Source: an uncultured virus (IMG/VR IMGVR_UViG_3300020599_000005)
Taxonomy: Duplodnaviria; Heunggongvirae; Uroviricota; Caudoviricetes
IMG/VR virus record: IMGVR_UViG_3300020599_000005
DNA: 64,000 nucleotides
Strand: one strand, 5' to 3'
The position numbers and the translations under genes were made by a program. The notes under the pieces were generated by a model. The model saw only the letters and a program-made list of their open reading frames with translations. It ran no database searches and had not been told where the DNA came from. Of the stretch, positions 28,681-38,267 are shown one piece after another (position 1 is the stretch's first letter; every line of letters begins with the position of its first letter).

Positions 28681-31600
28681 ATGGCCAAGAAGCAGGGCAG
28701 GAATCGCGATAAGTCGATCATCCCCAAGTCCATGAAGGACCTGATGGTTGAATCGGCACCTGCCACCGGGAAGCTGACGTCCAACGGCGTACCGCTGGTG
28801 GACCCTGCGCGGGAAGCCAAATCCGCTAGTCAGTGGACCAAAACCGAACTCAAAGCCTGGGCACTGCACGAAATCCAGGCAACCGAGAACGCCTCTGACG
28901 ATCAACTGGCGGAGGCTGCTCGTCAGGCCTTCGATTACCCGACTGCCTGGACGGGGGCTAGCGTCCGTCTGGTGCTCGGGGGTGATCCTGAGCCAGCCAA
29001 GACGTCCAAGGGCGTCTGGGTGGAGGACATCACCCGTGACAGCAAACCCCTGTCCGAATGGACTCAATGGGAACTGGGCGCGCTGCTTGGCGGTGAGATC
29101 ACCAGTCAATACACCCACGCCGAAGCTATCGAAGCCGCCCGTCAGCTGCTGATCACTCAGGATGGCAAGCCTCTGCCTGCGCTGCGTTACCACGACAGCA
29201 CTGTGGTAGCAGCACTGACCTGGCCATCGTTCGAAGTGGAGGTCACTGCCAATGACGTACCGGTCGATGGTACGACTCTGCTCGAGGTTCCTGTCTGCGA
29301 CCTGCTGGATGTCGAACTGGAAGATTACATGAAGCAGCGCCTGGGCATTCCTCCGCTGGAACGCCAGGTTGAACTGCTCATGGAGATCCACAAGCGCCAT
29401 CACCTGGATGCCAGCGTCTGTCTGATCGATGCCGCTAACCTTATTTACAACAATACCCCAATCCCCAAGACCCTCACCGGCGTGCAGATCAACGACCTGG
29501 TGCGGGACAGCAAATCGGCTGAAGATTGGAGCGATGACGAACTGCGGGCTTGGGCCGATGGTCTGATCACGGCAGGTGAATATGCCCCGGAAGACCATCT
29601 GGCCAAAGAAATCGCTCGCCGTAGTGATCTGCCCCTGACCTGGTCCCCGGAAGAAATCAAAGCGTATTTCGCCACCGGTTCTCGTCCACCGAAGACGGCA
29701 GATGAGTTTACCCAGGATGACATCATCGCCTGGCTCAAGGGGGGTGAGGGTGATACCGCAGGTGCCACACAGATCGAGCTCTCGGCACGTGCTCTGAGCT
29801 TCTGTGCTGCGTTTCCTGAGGCCTGGAGCGTCAAAGACAAGCTGACCTACTTGGTGGATGGGATCGAGCCCCAGAAGACCTCCCAGGGCGTCTGGGTAAA
29901 CGATCTGTCCCGCGATGCGCGCAGTCTCGTTCATTGGAACGACGCCGAGATCAAGTCGTGGGCACTGGGCGAGATCGCCCTGCCGGAACGGTATACCGAC
30001 ACTGACCTGTGCGACATCCTACGCGCTCGTTTGAAGCTGGATTACGTGGATGCTGACCTGAAGCGGTTCCTGGCAGAGGGTACTGTGCCAGCAACGATCG
30101 ACTTTGGTGGTCAGGTAATACCAGTGGATTCGCAGGTACGCTCGGAACTTCCGGTCAGTGAATGGACTACCTTGGAATTGGCTGCCGCTTACCAGGGTTC
30201 TATCAGTCGCTACGGTAATGCCGAAGAGGCTATCTTCGCAGAACTTCGGCAACGTGTTGGAGCAACCAGTGCTTGGCCTGTTGCCGACGTCGTAAAGGCA
30301 GCCGTGGAGGAAGGCTACGAACCGGCCAAGACTACTCACGGCTATCTGGTCAACGATGCTACGCGCGATAACAAGCCGATCGCTGAATGGGAAGACGACG
30401 AGATCGTCGACTTCCTTAACAGTGAGATCGCGGTGCCTCAGGTAATTCCGATCGAGCAGATCGCTAAGACCTGTCGCTCCCGTCGGGAATTCCCGGAGAG
30501 TTTCAGTGACCAACTCGTCCTGGAGCATTTCGCTGAGAAAGCCGACGTCGAGAAAACGCCCTTCGGTGATTACGTACGTGACCCTGAGCGTAACAAGAAG
30601 CCCGCTAAGGACTGGACGGACTCCGAACTGGATGCGTTCCTGCTCGGCCTACTGCAACCCAGTCTCACGGCGAACATGGATCAACTGACGGCTCGCTGCC
30701 GTGAGTACAAGCGTTTCCCGGACGCCTGGACCATCTATGAGGCGATCGACTTCTACAAGAATGGCGTGGAACCGGCGCGCGTCTCCACGGGCGCCTGGCG
30801 ACACAATGCCCACATCACCGAGGGGTGGGTGCCGTCTAAGAACGATCTGGCCATCCTGGCTGGAGCGGCTAAGAAAGAAATCGATCTGCCGGCGTCGGTG
30901 AACGTTGCTCAGCATGCTCGTCGGCTGTACGCGCTGTCAGGGGTTACTGACGAAGAAATCACTCAGTGGCTGGCGTCACTGAGCCGCGAGGAGATCGAAG
31001 CGCCGTTTAATCGTCAGACGCTGCTGCGGGTGATCAAGGCATCCGAATGGACAGCAGATGACCTGCGTCAATGGCTGCGTGGTGAAGTGCCTGTCCACCG
31101 CGCCAGCGATGCGGATCTGTTTACCCAGGTGCGTCGACTGTTCCAGATCGTGGACACTGTAGCCGACGAAGAGTTGGCTGACTATGTCCTGAATGAAGCG
31201 GCCAGTAAGGTAGCATCAACGGGTGTTTTGGTCAACGATCCGGTGCGGGATGAGAAGTCGGCTTCTCAATGGTCATCTGAAGAACTGATCGCTTGGTGTC
31301 GCGGTGAGATCGAACCGGGTATCCATTGCACGCATGAGACCCTGCGTAATGCACTGGTCCGTCTGTGGCCGGACATTCAGAAAGCTTGGTCGCTCTCGGA
31401 AGCGAAAGCCTATGTAGGTGAAGGCATCACTCCCGCTAAAAGCGAGAGTGGTTTCTGGGTCGAAGACCTCACACGGGCTACGCGCTACGTGGGTGACTGG
31501 TCCAGTGAAGAGCTGATCGCTGCCATTAAGGGCGAGATCAACTTGCCTGGAAATGTCACGCCTTCGGCTGTCTATGCGGCGTTTCGCATCCAGAAAGGCA

Positions 31601-33000
31601 TCTCCGATCGCTGGTCGGATCAGGATGTACTGCACTGGGTCAGCACGGGTAAGGAACCGGCCGCAGCGGGTAATGTGCTGGTGCGTGATCCACGGCGTGA
31701 GCAGAAACACCCGCGCGAGTGGACTGATGATGAAGTGCGGACCTGGCTGACGGGCGGCATCTCAGCGACCCTGAAAGCGCCAGCTGACGTCTTGATGCTC
31801 GAAGCACGCCGACGCTTTGGCTACAACGACGCTTGGACGGATGAGCAAGTGATCGCCAATGCGGTGGAGGGAACTGTACCGGCCAAGACCAGCACAGGTG
31901 TCTGGGTCATTGATCGCAACCGTGCGGGTAAGACGGCCGAGCAATGGTCCATCGACGAACTCAAGGCGTTTGCCAAGGGTGAGATCAGCCCCGGTGCTAC
32001 TGTCTCGCCGAAAAGTCTGATCAATGCTGCTCGTAAATGGGCAACGATCAACGTGAGTCAGTCGGTCGAGCAATGGTCCAATCAGGAAATCTTCCAGTGG
32101 CTGAAGAGCGGCGTTAAGCCGACCTTGAGTTCTGGCGGTTTCTACGTCAACTCACCTATGCGGGCTACCCTCCAAGCGGAGGAATGGTCCAAGGACGAAT
32201 TGGTGGGTTGGCTCAAAGGTGAGCTACCAGCGACTAAGGAGGCTTCTGCGGATGCACTGATGGATGCTGTGATCACCAAGTGGCAGCTGCCGGCTGCATG
32301 GAGTGAAGAGGCAGTTAAGGGTTACGTGCTGTTCAATCGTCAACCTGCAAAAACCACGAACGGCCTCTGGGTCGATGATCAAGTCCGTAAGCGCAAACCC
32401 GCGCAACACTGGTCACTCGAAGAAATCAGGGCCTGGGCCGCGAATGAAATCGAGCCCGGTATTCTGGCCACGGATGCACTGTTGCACCGTGAATCGCGTA
32501 TACGGTTCCACCTGTCCGAGGGGCTCTCTGACGAGAAGCTCAAACACCTGGTGGCAACCATGAAAGAGGAACCACTCTCGATGTCGATCCAACTGGTAAG
32601 ACAAACCCTGTCGGACTACGCCGCCGGCATGGGCCCTGGTGTCAAAGTCACCGAAGAAGAAGCCGCTGGTTTCCAACAAAGTCTGTACCGCACGTTCGTG
32701 CGTGTGCTGAACATGCAAGGTCGTGAGTTCGTCGATGGTTGGACCACCATCCTCGATTTCATCAACAACAACCGCAATACCCTCTTCACCGAGAAGAAGG
32801 CAAACCGTGGTTGGAGCCTGCTGAAGATGGCCGATCGGGATCGCAAGAATTTCGAGCAGATCCTTGACCTGGCCATCCGCACCGCCGATCCGTCCACGCG
32901 GTACGACAAGGCACGCAACACCAACCTGGGCGTGGCCCTGCGTGGTATCACCAGCGAGTCCGCTCGTCAGCTGATCATGCAGTACTACCAAGTCGGTTGA
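28681..33000 (+). CDS. Large tandem-repeat protein (about 17 x 75 aa) with a C-terminal helical domain
   Basis: Repeat consensus KT..G.WV.D..R..K....W...EL.AW..GEI...W....V...G..P; GGAG RBS. Confidence 0.88.
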   Translation: MAKKQGRNRDKSIIPKSMKDLMVESAPATGKLTSNGVPLVDPAREAKSASQWTKTELKAWALHEIQATENASDDQLAEAARQAFDYPTAWTGASVRLVLGGDPEPAKTSKGVWVEDITRDSKPLSEWTQWELGALLGGEITSQYTHAEAIEAARQLLITQDGKPLPALRYHDSTVVAALTWPSFEVEVTANDVPVDGTTLLEVPVCDLLDVELEDYMKQRLGIPPLERQVELLMEIHKRHHLDASVCLIDAANLIYNNTPIPKTLTGVQINDLVRDSKSAEDWSDDELRAWADGLITAGEYAPEDHLAKEIARRSDLPLTWSPEEIKAYFATGSRPPKTADEFTQDDIIAWLKGGEGDTAGATQIELSARALSFCAAFPEAWSVKDKLTYLVDGIEPQKTSQGVWVNDLSRDARSLVHWNDAEIKSWALGEIALPERYTDTDLCDILRARLKLDYVDADLKRFLAEGTVPATIDFGGQVIPVDSQVRSELPVSEWTTLELAAAYQGSISRYGNAEEAIFAELRQRVGATSAWPVADVVKAAVEEGYEPAKTTHGYLVNDATRDNKPIAEWEDDEIVDFLNSEIAVPQVIPIEQIAKTCRSRREFPESFSDQLVLEHFAEKADVEKTPFGDYVRDPERNKKPAKDWTDSELDAFLLGLLQPSLTANMDQLTARCREYKRFPDAWTIYEAIDFYKNGVEPARVSTGAWRHNAHITEGWVPSKNDLAILAGAAKKEIDLPASVNVAQHARRLYALSGVTDEEITQWLASLSREEIEAPFNRQTLLRVIKASEWTADDLRQWLRGEVPVHRASDADLFTQVRRLFQIVDTVADEELADYVLNEAASKVASTGVLVNDPVRDEKSASQWSSEELIAWCRGEIEPGIHCTHETLRNALVRLWPDIQKAWSLSEAKAYVGEGITPAKSESGFWVEDLTRATRYVGDWSSEELIAAIKGEINLPGNVTPSAVYAAFRIQKGISDRWSDQDVLHWVSTGKEPAAAGNVLVRDPRREQKHPREWTDDEVRTWLTGGISATLKAPADVLMLEARRRFGYNDAWTDEQVIANAVEGTVPAKTSTGVWVIDRNRAGKTAEQWSIDELKAFAKGEISPGATVSPKSLINAARKWATINVSQSVEQWSNQEIFQWLKSGVKPTLSSGGFYVNSPMRATLQAEEWSKDELVGWLKGELPATKEASADALMDAVITKWQLPAAWSEEAVKGYVLFNRQPAKTTNGLWVDDQVRKRKPAQHWSLEEIRAWAANEIEPGILATDALLHRESRIRFHLSEGLSDEKLKHLVATMKEEPLSMSIQLVRQTLSDYAAGMGPGVKVTEEEAAGFQQSLYRTFVRVLNMQGREFVDGWTTILDFINNNRNTLFTEKKANRGWSLLKMADRDRKNFEQILDLAIRTADPSTRYDKARNTNLGVALRGITSESARQLIMQYYQVG

Positions 33001-33071
33001 CGGCATAGGTGGGAGCCCTTCGGGGCTCTCTTCTTATGACGTTTCCCCATCTCTTTAACCGGAATATCGCC

Positions 33072-34169
33072 ATGTCCGAACTTCGTGCCAGTTTTGAAGC
33101 CTTCCACGCGGTGCAAGATGCACCGGGCCTGTTGCAACAGGCTTGCCGTTACAAGAAGTCCCTGGAATCTTTGCAAGTTGTGGGTGGGATCATCAGCCAA
33201 GACGATCCTGCGCAGGTGTCGGCATTCGATCAACTGGTCAAAGGTGCTGCCGTCGATGGTGGTGTGGACGTACCGGCATCTACAGTGGGTGACGTTACCG
33301 CGTCAATGGAATTCCTCGACAAACTCATCAAAGGCGTGGGTCAGGTGTTGCGTCGCAATGACCCCAAACCGGGTGAGCACCTGGGCGACAAAGCGGTTTG
33401 GTCCAACGAGTACAAGGCAGCTGTCACCCAGCTGCAATCGGCCATCCAGAAATACTACTTGAACGACAGCTGGCTGAAGAAGCAGATCTTTGTCCAAGGT
33501 AACATCAGTGGCGATGGCATCTCACCCTACCTGACCATCGGTACTACTCTCTACCCCGATGTAGAGAAGGCGCTGCAAGCCCAAAAGGGTGTTATCGACC
33601 AATACATGAGTAAGTACCAACCCGCCTTGGACAAATGGTACACGGCTATCAAGCAGTGGGACAAGGAAATTAACGAAGGTCTCGCTGACGTGGATGATCT
33701 GGACGCGCGCCTGAAGAAGGTGCTGAAGGAAATCCGTGCCATGCAGAGTCCGACGGAACTGGCTGGTCTGGTGGGCAAGACCGTCGAATTGCTGGGTGGT
33801 TACACGGTCGTATTCAGCAAAAGCGGGGTGATTACCAAGGAAGGCAAGCTCCCTGCTGCCAAGGAACTTCCCGCTCTTGACGCTGCTGGCGTCAAACACG
33901 CAGCCACCCTGATCATCGACCTGCTCAACTGGGGTTCGTCGATCAGCAAGTACTTCCCGGACGCGCGTTATCGCGGTGGTGTCTACAATGATGACGGCAA
34001 GCCTTCTCGTGAGTTTTATGACGAGAGCGCCTACATGGACGACTACTACAACCTCGTTGACAACCACGGCTTCAGCGACGACTGGCTCTACGGCCTCAGC
34101 TCCAGCTACATGATCCGCAACAAGCTGGTGGTAGCCCTGGATCGCTGGATCGATCGCTCCATCAAGTAA
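33072..34169 (+). CDS. Probable virion head protein with prohead-protease propeptide
   Basis: ASFEA, SLE and ASMEF S/A-x-E sites near the N-terminus; TATG upstream. Confidence 0.7.
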   Translation: MSELRASFEAFHAVQDAPGLLQQACRYKKSLESLQVVGGIISQDDPAQVSAFDQLVKGAAVDGGVDVPASTVGDVTASMEFLDKLIKGVGQVLRRNDPKPGEHLGDKAVWSNEYKAAVTQLQSAIQKYYLNDSWLKKQIFVQGNISGDGISPYLTIGTTLYPDVEKALQAQKGVIDQYMSKYQPALDKWYTAIKQWDKEINEGLADVDDLDARLKKVLKEIRAMQSPTELAGLVGKTVELLGGYTVVFSKSGVITKEGKLPAAKELPALDAAGVKHAATLIIDLLNWGSSISKYFPDARYRGGVYNDDGKPSREFYDESAYMDDYYNLVDNHGFSDDWLYGLSSSYMIRNKLVVALDRWIDRSIK

Positions 34170-34258
34170 ACGGTGAGGGGCGAAAGCCCCTCACTATGCC
34201 GCCTCCAGCATTTCTTGGCAATACATTATTGCCTTGACACTTACCTGGGGGAAACCCA

Positions 34259-34867
34259 ATGAACATAAACGAGCTGAAGAAGGCGTTTAATGACTACATC
34301 AGTCTCTTAGTCGACAATGGCATCAAAGTCACCAACATGGCCATCGGCGGAGATGCTGCTCTGGTATTCTACGACCATGGCAAAGAGGGCGCTAATCGTC
34401 ACACTGAAGCACCTTATCTGGAACTGTGGGTAGAACCTAACCAGCAGCTGGATTTGCTGAAGAAGAGCGGCGGTGAGTACACCATCGACTTCTACGGGCG
34501 GTATCGCTACGATCCCCTGCCTGGGGTGGTGACCTACCACAAGGACGTGGTAATCCACCGGGAGATCAATGGCGCACCTGTCTTGCCGCCACGGCAGCTG
34601 TACCTTAACGCGTTATCCTACGAAGAAACCAACCGTGCGAACATCAGATCATTCAACGCGCTGTATCGTTGGGATCAAGATCACACAAGCACCCCCAACC
34701 CACGTCAAGAGATCATTGACGAAGCCACGGCGTTCATTCGCAAACATGGCCAGGTTAAGGGCGCCAGTAAGAAAGCATGGGTAATCGACCAAGTGTTTCG
34801 CGTGCTGACCGGTCTGGATTACCTTAAAGAAGTGGATAACGACTGGGACCTCGGCACTCCACCCTAG
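34259..34867 (+). CDS. Degenerate nucleotidyltransferase-like protein with C-terminal KAWVIDQ..WD.G.PP domain
   Basis: IGG.AALV..HG..R.T motif lacking the canonical DxD. Confidence 0.6.
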   Translation: MNINELKKAFNDYISLLVDNGIKVTNMAIGGDAALVFYDHGKEGANRHTEAPYLELWVEPNQQLDLLKKSGGEYTIDFYGRYRYDPLPGVVTYHKDVVIHREINGAPVLPPRQLYLNALSYEETNRANIRSFNALYRWDQDHTSTPNPRQEIIDEATAFIRKHGQVKGASKKAWVIDQVFRVLTGLDYLKEVDNDWDLGTPP

Positions 34868-34894
34868 TCTATTTTAACGAGAAGGTGCTATTGC

Positions 34895-35329
34895 ATGAAA
34901 TCGAACATCGTAGCCGTGCCCATGTGTCATCGTGAGCGCTATTCGCCTGCGCGTAACGTAGCCCATGCAGTGCGTAAAGGTAAACTGCTCTACTGGACCG
35001 ATATGGTCTTTGATCCTGCGAAGTACTACCATTTCGGTCACATGCGATTGGCAGACGGCACCACTGAAACGTTCTTTCTGGAGAACATTCTCCTGGTCGC
35101 CGGTAAGGATGTCAAGAAGGTCTTGGTGGAGAAAGGCTGGCCAGCAGTCCATTCGGGTGAGTTGGGTAAGTTCTATTTCCGTCGCGATGCCGCTGTGCGC
35201 CTGACACCCATGCGCACCGGTGAGACCCTGGAAGCCGAACGCTATTACCTGCCGGCGAACATGGAAAGCGAACCCTCTGAGCACTGGTCGCGTGGTGTGC
35301 ATCTGCAAGTGAGTCAGGTTATCCCCTAG
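34895..35329 (+). CDS. Hypothetical protein
   Basis: 144 aa, GAAGGT RBS. Confidence 0.7.
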   Translation: MKSNIVAVPMCHRERYSPARNVAHAVRKGKLLYWTDMVFDPAKYYHFGHMRLADGTTETFFLENILLVAGKDVKKVLVEKGWPAVHSGELGKFYFRRDAAVRLTPMRTGETLEAERYYLPANMESEPSEHWSRGVHLQVSQVIP

Positions 35330-35462
35330 GGTCCTTCGGGACCCTGCTTATGCCCTGAGAAAAAGCTTGATCCCAACAGATTTCAGTGATACATTGTCTT
35401 CATGGTCCTCCAGCAATGAAGGATCATAAAACCCACTTTCTAGCTGATAAAGCTTAAGGAAA

Positions 35463-35750
35463 TTGACAATGGCTGCATCCCATGCGTTTTACGTCGATCG
35501 CCACGAGGTGCTCGATGTGGTGTACTGCAACATGGAGCACGACCGTGACGTGCTAGAGATCTTTATCAAGGTCGATCCGACCAAGGTCAAGACTCAAGCC
35601 GGTCCGTTGACTCCAACTACCCAAAATCGCCTGATCTTTCGTCATCACGACGAGAACGGCTGGGCCTATCTGATCCAGCACAATTGGGGTCTGACTCGGG
35701 AACGTGCCCAGGCGCTGGAGAAAGAAATACGCGCAGCCATGCGTGGATAA
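35463..35750 (+). CDS. Hypothetical protein
   Basis: AAGGA RBS; start 35463 (TTG) or 35469 (ATG). Confidence 0.7.
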   Translation: MTMAASHAFYVDRHEVLDVVYCNMEHDRDVLEIFIKVDPTKVKTQAGPLTPTTQNRLIFRHHDENGWAYLIQHNWGLTRERAQALEKEIRAAMRG

Positions 35751-35782
35751 GACGGGAGGGACCTTCGGGTCCCTTTCTCTTT
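35750..35782 (+). terminator. Terminator-like hairpin
   Basis: GGGAGGGACC-TTCG-GGTCCCTTTCTCTTTT. Confidence 0.65.
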
Positions 35783-35795
35783 TGGAGAAAATGCG

Positions 35796-36026
35796 ATGAA
35801 AGGCTATCTGATCGGTATCGCCGCCTTGGTGGGCGTATTGGTCGTGGTCGGTCAGATAACCCGTCGCCGGCCAGAACCAGAGGAACGAGCGCCGTGTGTT
35901 AAACCGACTGAGCGCCCTCCCACCGAGCTGGAGAAATCCCTCGGTGCTTACAATGAACTGGCCAAACACCTACCCACTAGGAACATAAAAGGAATTCCGC
36001 ATGACCACCGTAAAGGCCTATCTTGA
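35796..36026 (+). CDS. Small protein with N-terminal membrane anchor
   Basis: LIGIAALVGVLVVVG hydrophobic stretch, GGAG RBS. Confidence 0.65.
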   Translation: MKGYLIGIAALVGVLVVVGQITRRRPEPEERAPCVKPTERPPTELEKSLGAYNELAKHLPTRNIKGIPHDHRKGLS

Positions 36027-36474
36027 ACGCTTCGACAAAGTCTGGGATGCCGCTTATGCCCATGGTAACTACATCGGCCGTGTAGAAACCACTGACACCG
36101 CTGTCGAGTTCGCTACCGAGAACCTTATGCTCGATTCGATGTACCTAGGCCGCCGCTGGTGCTTCGCCACGCAAGCCGACATGAAGGGTCTGGTAGCTTC
36201 TGGCGTAGATGGCGCAGTGGTCCTGCTCAGGGAGCCTTGCCATCTGTTCGCCACCGGTAGTTACCCGACCACCAAGGCCTGGTTGGATAAGCTCCATTGC
36301 TCCGATGACTTCGTCATCTACCTGATGGTTGGTGATGCCTCCATGGTCAGCTTCATCGAGATCCTCGATGCGGCAGTGGCCGATGAAGACAATGGCCTGA
36401 AAGCCATGCAACGTTTCCGACGTCAGATGAACGCACTGACCGAAACCTACAGCCTTGACGCACTCTGCGTCTAA
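36001..36474 (+). CDS. Hypothetical protein
   Basis: 157 aa, AAGGA RBS. Confidence 0.7.
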   Translation: MTTVKAYLERFDKVWDAAYAHGNYIGRVETTDTAVEFATENLMLDSMYLGRRWCFATQADMKGLVASGVDGAVVLLREPCHLFATGSYPTTKAWLDKLHCSDDFVIYLMVGDASMVSFIEILDAAVADEDNGLKAMQRFRRQMNALTETYSLDALCV

Positions 36475-36496
36475 TTCCTCAACCAAGGAGCTATAC

Positions 36497-37456
36497 ATGT
36501 CTGAACAACAACTGGTCACCATTCTGTCCGCTGCACAGGCTGAATTGATCGATGAACTGCACGAATGGGTCACCAGGCAAGCCTTGCCCATCCGTGCCCG
36601 TGGATCCCTGGAACTGGCCAAGGTCGGTAAGCTGATTCAACACCGGGTATATTTCGATCACACGCTGTACGGCAAGATTCACTGCTATCGCTACGACCCC
36701 ATGCATACCCCTCAACACGAAGAGCCAGCCGCCTATCTGATCGCTGCGGGTAAAGAGGGTTGGGTCAGCGTGGACAGACGAGGCATTGTCGAAGTGTCCG
36801 AGAGCTACGAGCAGATCCGTGCTACCTACCCTGACCTGTTCACTCGCTTCCAGTCCACCATCGCCAAGGTCATCCTCTCCGGCTGCTCCCCTGCTGGGTT
36901 ACTGAACACCCTGGACGCCGCCATCCTGATCGAGGACGAAGGCCACCGCCTGTTCGAACGTCTCATGGGTGAATGGCACGGATGGGTGGTTCGTGCAGTG
37001 GACGCCATGGTGCTGATCAGCGACGGTCAGTTCCCCTGCTGGTACGAAGATGAGCTGGGCGTGCTCTCCAACTGGGAATCGCCCGAAATGCAGGCCGAGA
37101 GGATCAAGAATGCCTTTAAGAACGCGGGCATCGACTACGACGCCTGCATCGAAGCGGCGGGCGATCCGACCAATGGTTGGAAGTACTTCATGGAAACGCT
37201 GGACAATCTGTTCGGCCTCTCCGATGAAACCCTGCTGAGCAACATGGAGGTGGTCGCCACCCTCTTCGACATCCTCATGGATGCCATCGACTCGGGTGCG
37301 GCCCCTGGCTTCATTGATGTTCAGCAGATGCAGAAGCATTTGACCATGGCCCAGGAACTGGACGTTGTCTCTAAGGAAGAGGATCACCTGACAGTGATGC
37401 GCAACATCTTCAAGCACTATCAGGCACTGGGTGACTTCGACACCAGCGGTAACTAA
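36497..37456 (+). CDS. Hypothetical protein
   Basis: ATG 36497 after AAGGAG; strong codon bias. Confidence 0.75.
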   Translation: MSEQQLVTILSAAQAELIDELHEWVTRQALPIRARGSLELAKVGKLIQHRVYFDHTLYGKIHCYRYDPMHTPQHEEPAAYLIAAGKEGWVSVDRRGIVEVSESYEQIRATYPDLFTRFQSTIAKVILSGCSPAGLLNTLDAAILIEDEGHRLFERLMGEWHGWVVRAVDAMVLISDGQFPCWYEDELGVLSNWESPEMQAERIKNAFKNAGIDYDACIEAAGDPTNGWKYFMETLDNLFGLSDETLLSNMEVVATLFDILMDAIDSGAAPGFIDVQQMQKHLTMAQELDVVSKEEDHLTVMRNIFKHYQALGDFDTSGN

Positions 37457-37457
37457 G

Positions 37458-37508
37458 CGGCATAAGACGGGGGAGCTTTGGCTCCCCCGTCTATGTCCTT
37501 TCTTTTTT
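37458..37508. terminator. Bidirectional hairpin between convergent genes
   Basis: AGACGGGGGAGC-TTTG-GCTCCCCCGTCT flanked by CGGCATA/TATGTCC and a T-tract. Confidence 0.75.
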
Positions 37509-37511
37509 GGC

Positions 37512-37848
37512 TTAAGCAGCCTGCTGACCGATATGCGCTTGGAACGCCTTGAGCAGATCAGATGGCGTGGGTGCCCCCAAGACCTCGGTCATGATCTCGA
37601 TTGCATTGGCAGGGCCACCGGTTAGGTTGATTCCCACCAAACGCTGCCTGGATGCCGAGATACCCTGGATCTTGGCCAGTTCCATCATGGTCGTCTCTTT
37701 CGAGAGGTTCATGATGATCTCACCATTCGGGTAAGTCGAGGTGATGTCCGCATCCGATACGTACATCCTGACCAGGGATCGTAACTCTGGTAAATCCTTG
37801 ATCAGGCACAGGCCGTTATTGTCCACCAAATGGGTTGGTAGGGTAACA
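37512..37848 (-). CDS. Family-B DNA polymerase N-terminal/exonuclease subunit (phiKZ gp82-like), exon 2
   Basis: After splicing reads W-I-VTLPTHLV...DADITSTYP (PolB region II DxxSxYP). Confidence 0.88.
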
Positions 37849-38267
37849 CGTGTGTTCAGATAGGTCGTTAAGCTATCCCGCGCCGTTACGCGCTGCTCCA
37901 GGCTTTCCCTGGACGTCCAGACTATATCTTCACCTTCAGCCTAACCTGGTCAGGTGCTTCCCATTTCGGCCCCACTTGGTGGCCTACTCCGCGTTACCGG
38001 ATAGTCGTTGAACCTTACCCATATCCTAGACAGGACTTAGGGTCTTGGCTGCTACAGGGGCCCTTAGGACCCACGGTTCCCCATTGTGACATCCGCTCCG
38101 TTGTCTAACCATGGCTTTGCCTTTCGGCTCGCAGTGGTGGAGCAGCTTTAGTGGGTTCCAGCAGTTAAAGAAGAATCACTCCAGGATTTCGCCTGGAGGG
38201 GACCTAAGTAATTTCCCAGCAGGTTTCACTGTATAGATTGTGAACGAGTGCTTAAAGTTACTCGTTT
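37849..38267 (-). mobile_element. ORF-less group I intron (419 nt) in the DNA polymerase gene
   Basis: Minus strand: exon GGAU | ... G; AACTGCTGGAA, GCAGCCAAG, GGTTCAACGACTA, GAAGATATAGTC; removal gives a 593-aa continuous ORF. Confidence 0.93.

Noticed and set aside
37512..37829. Independent 105-aa ORF (likewise 3643-3837)
   Set aside because: These are second exons of intron-split genes
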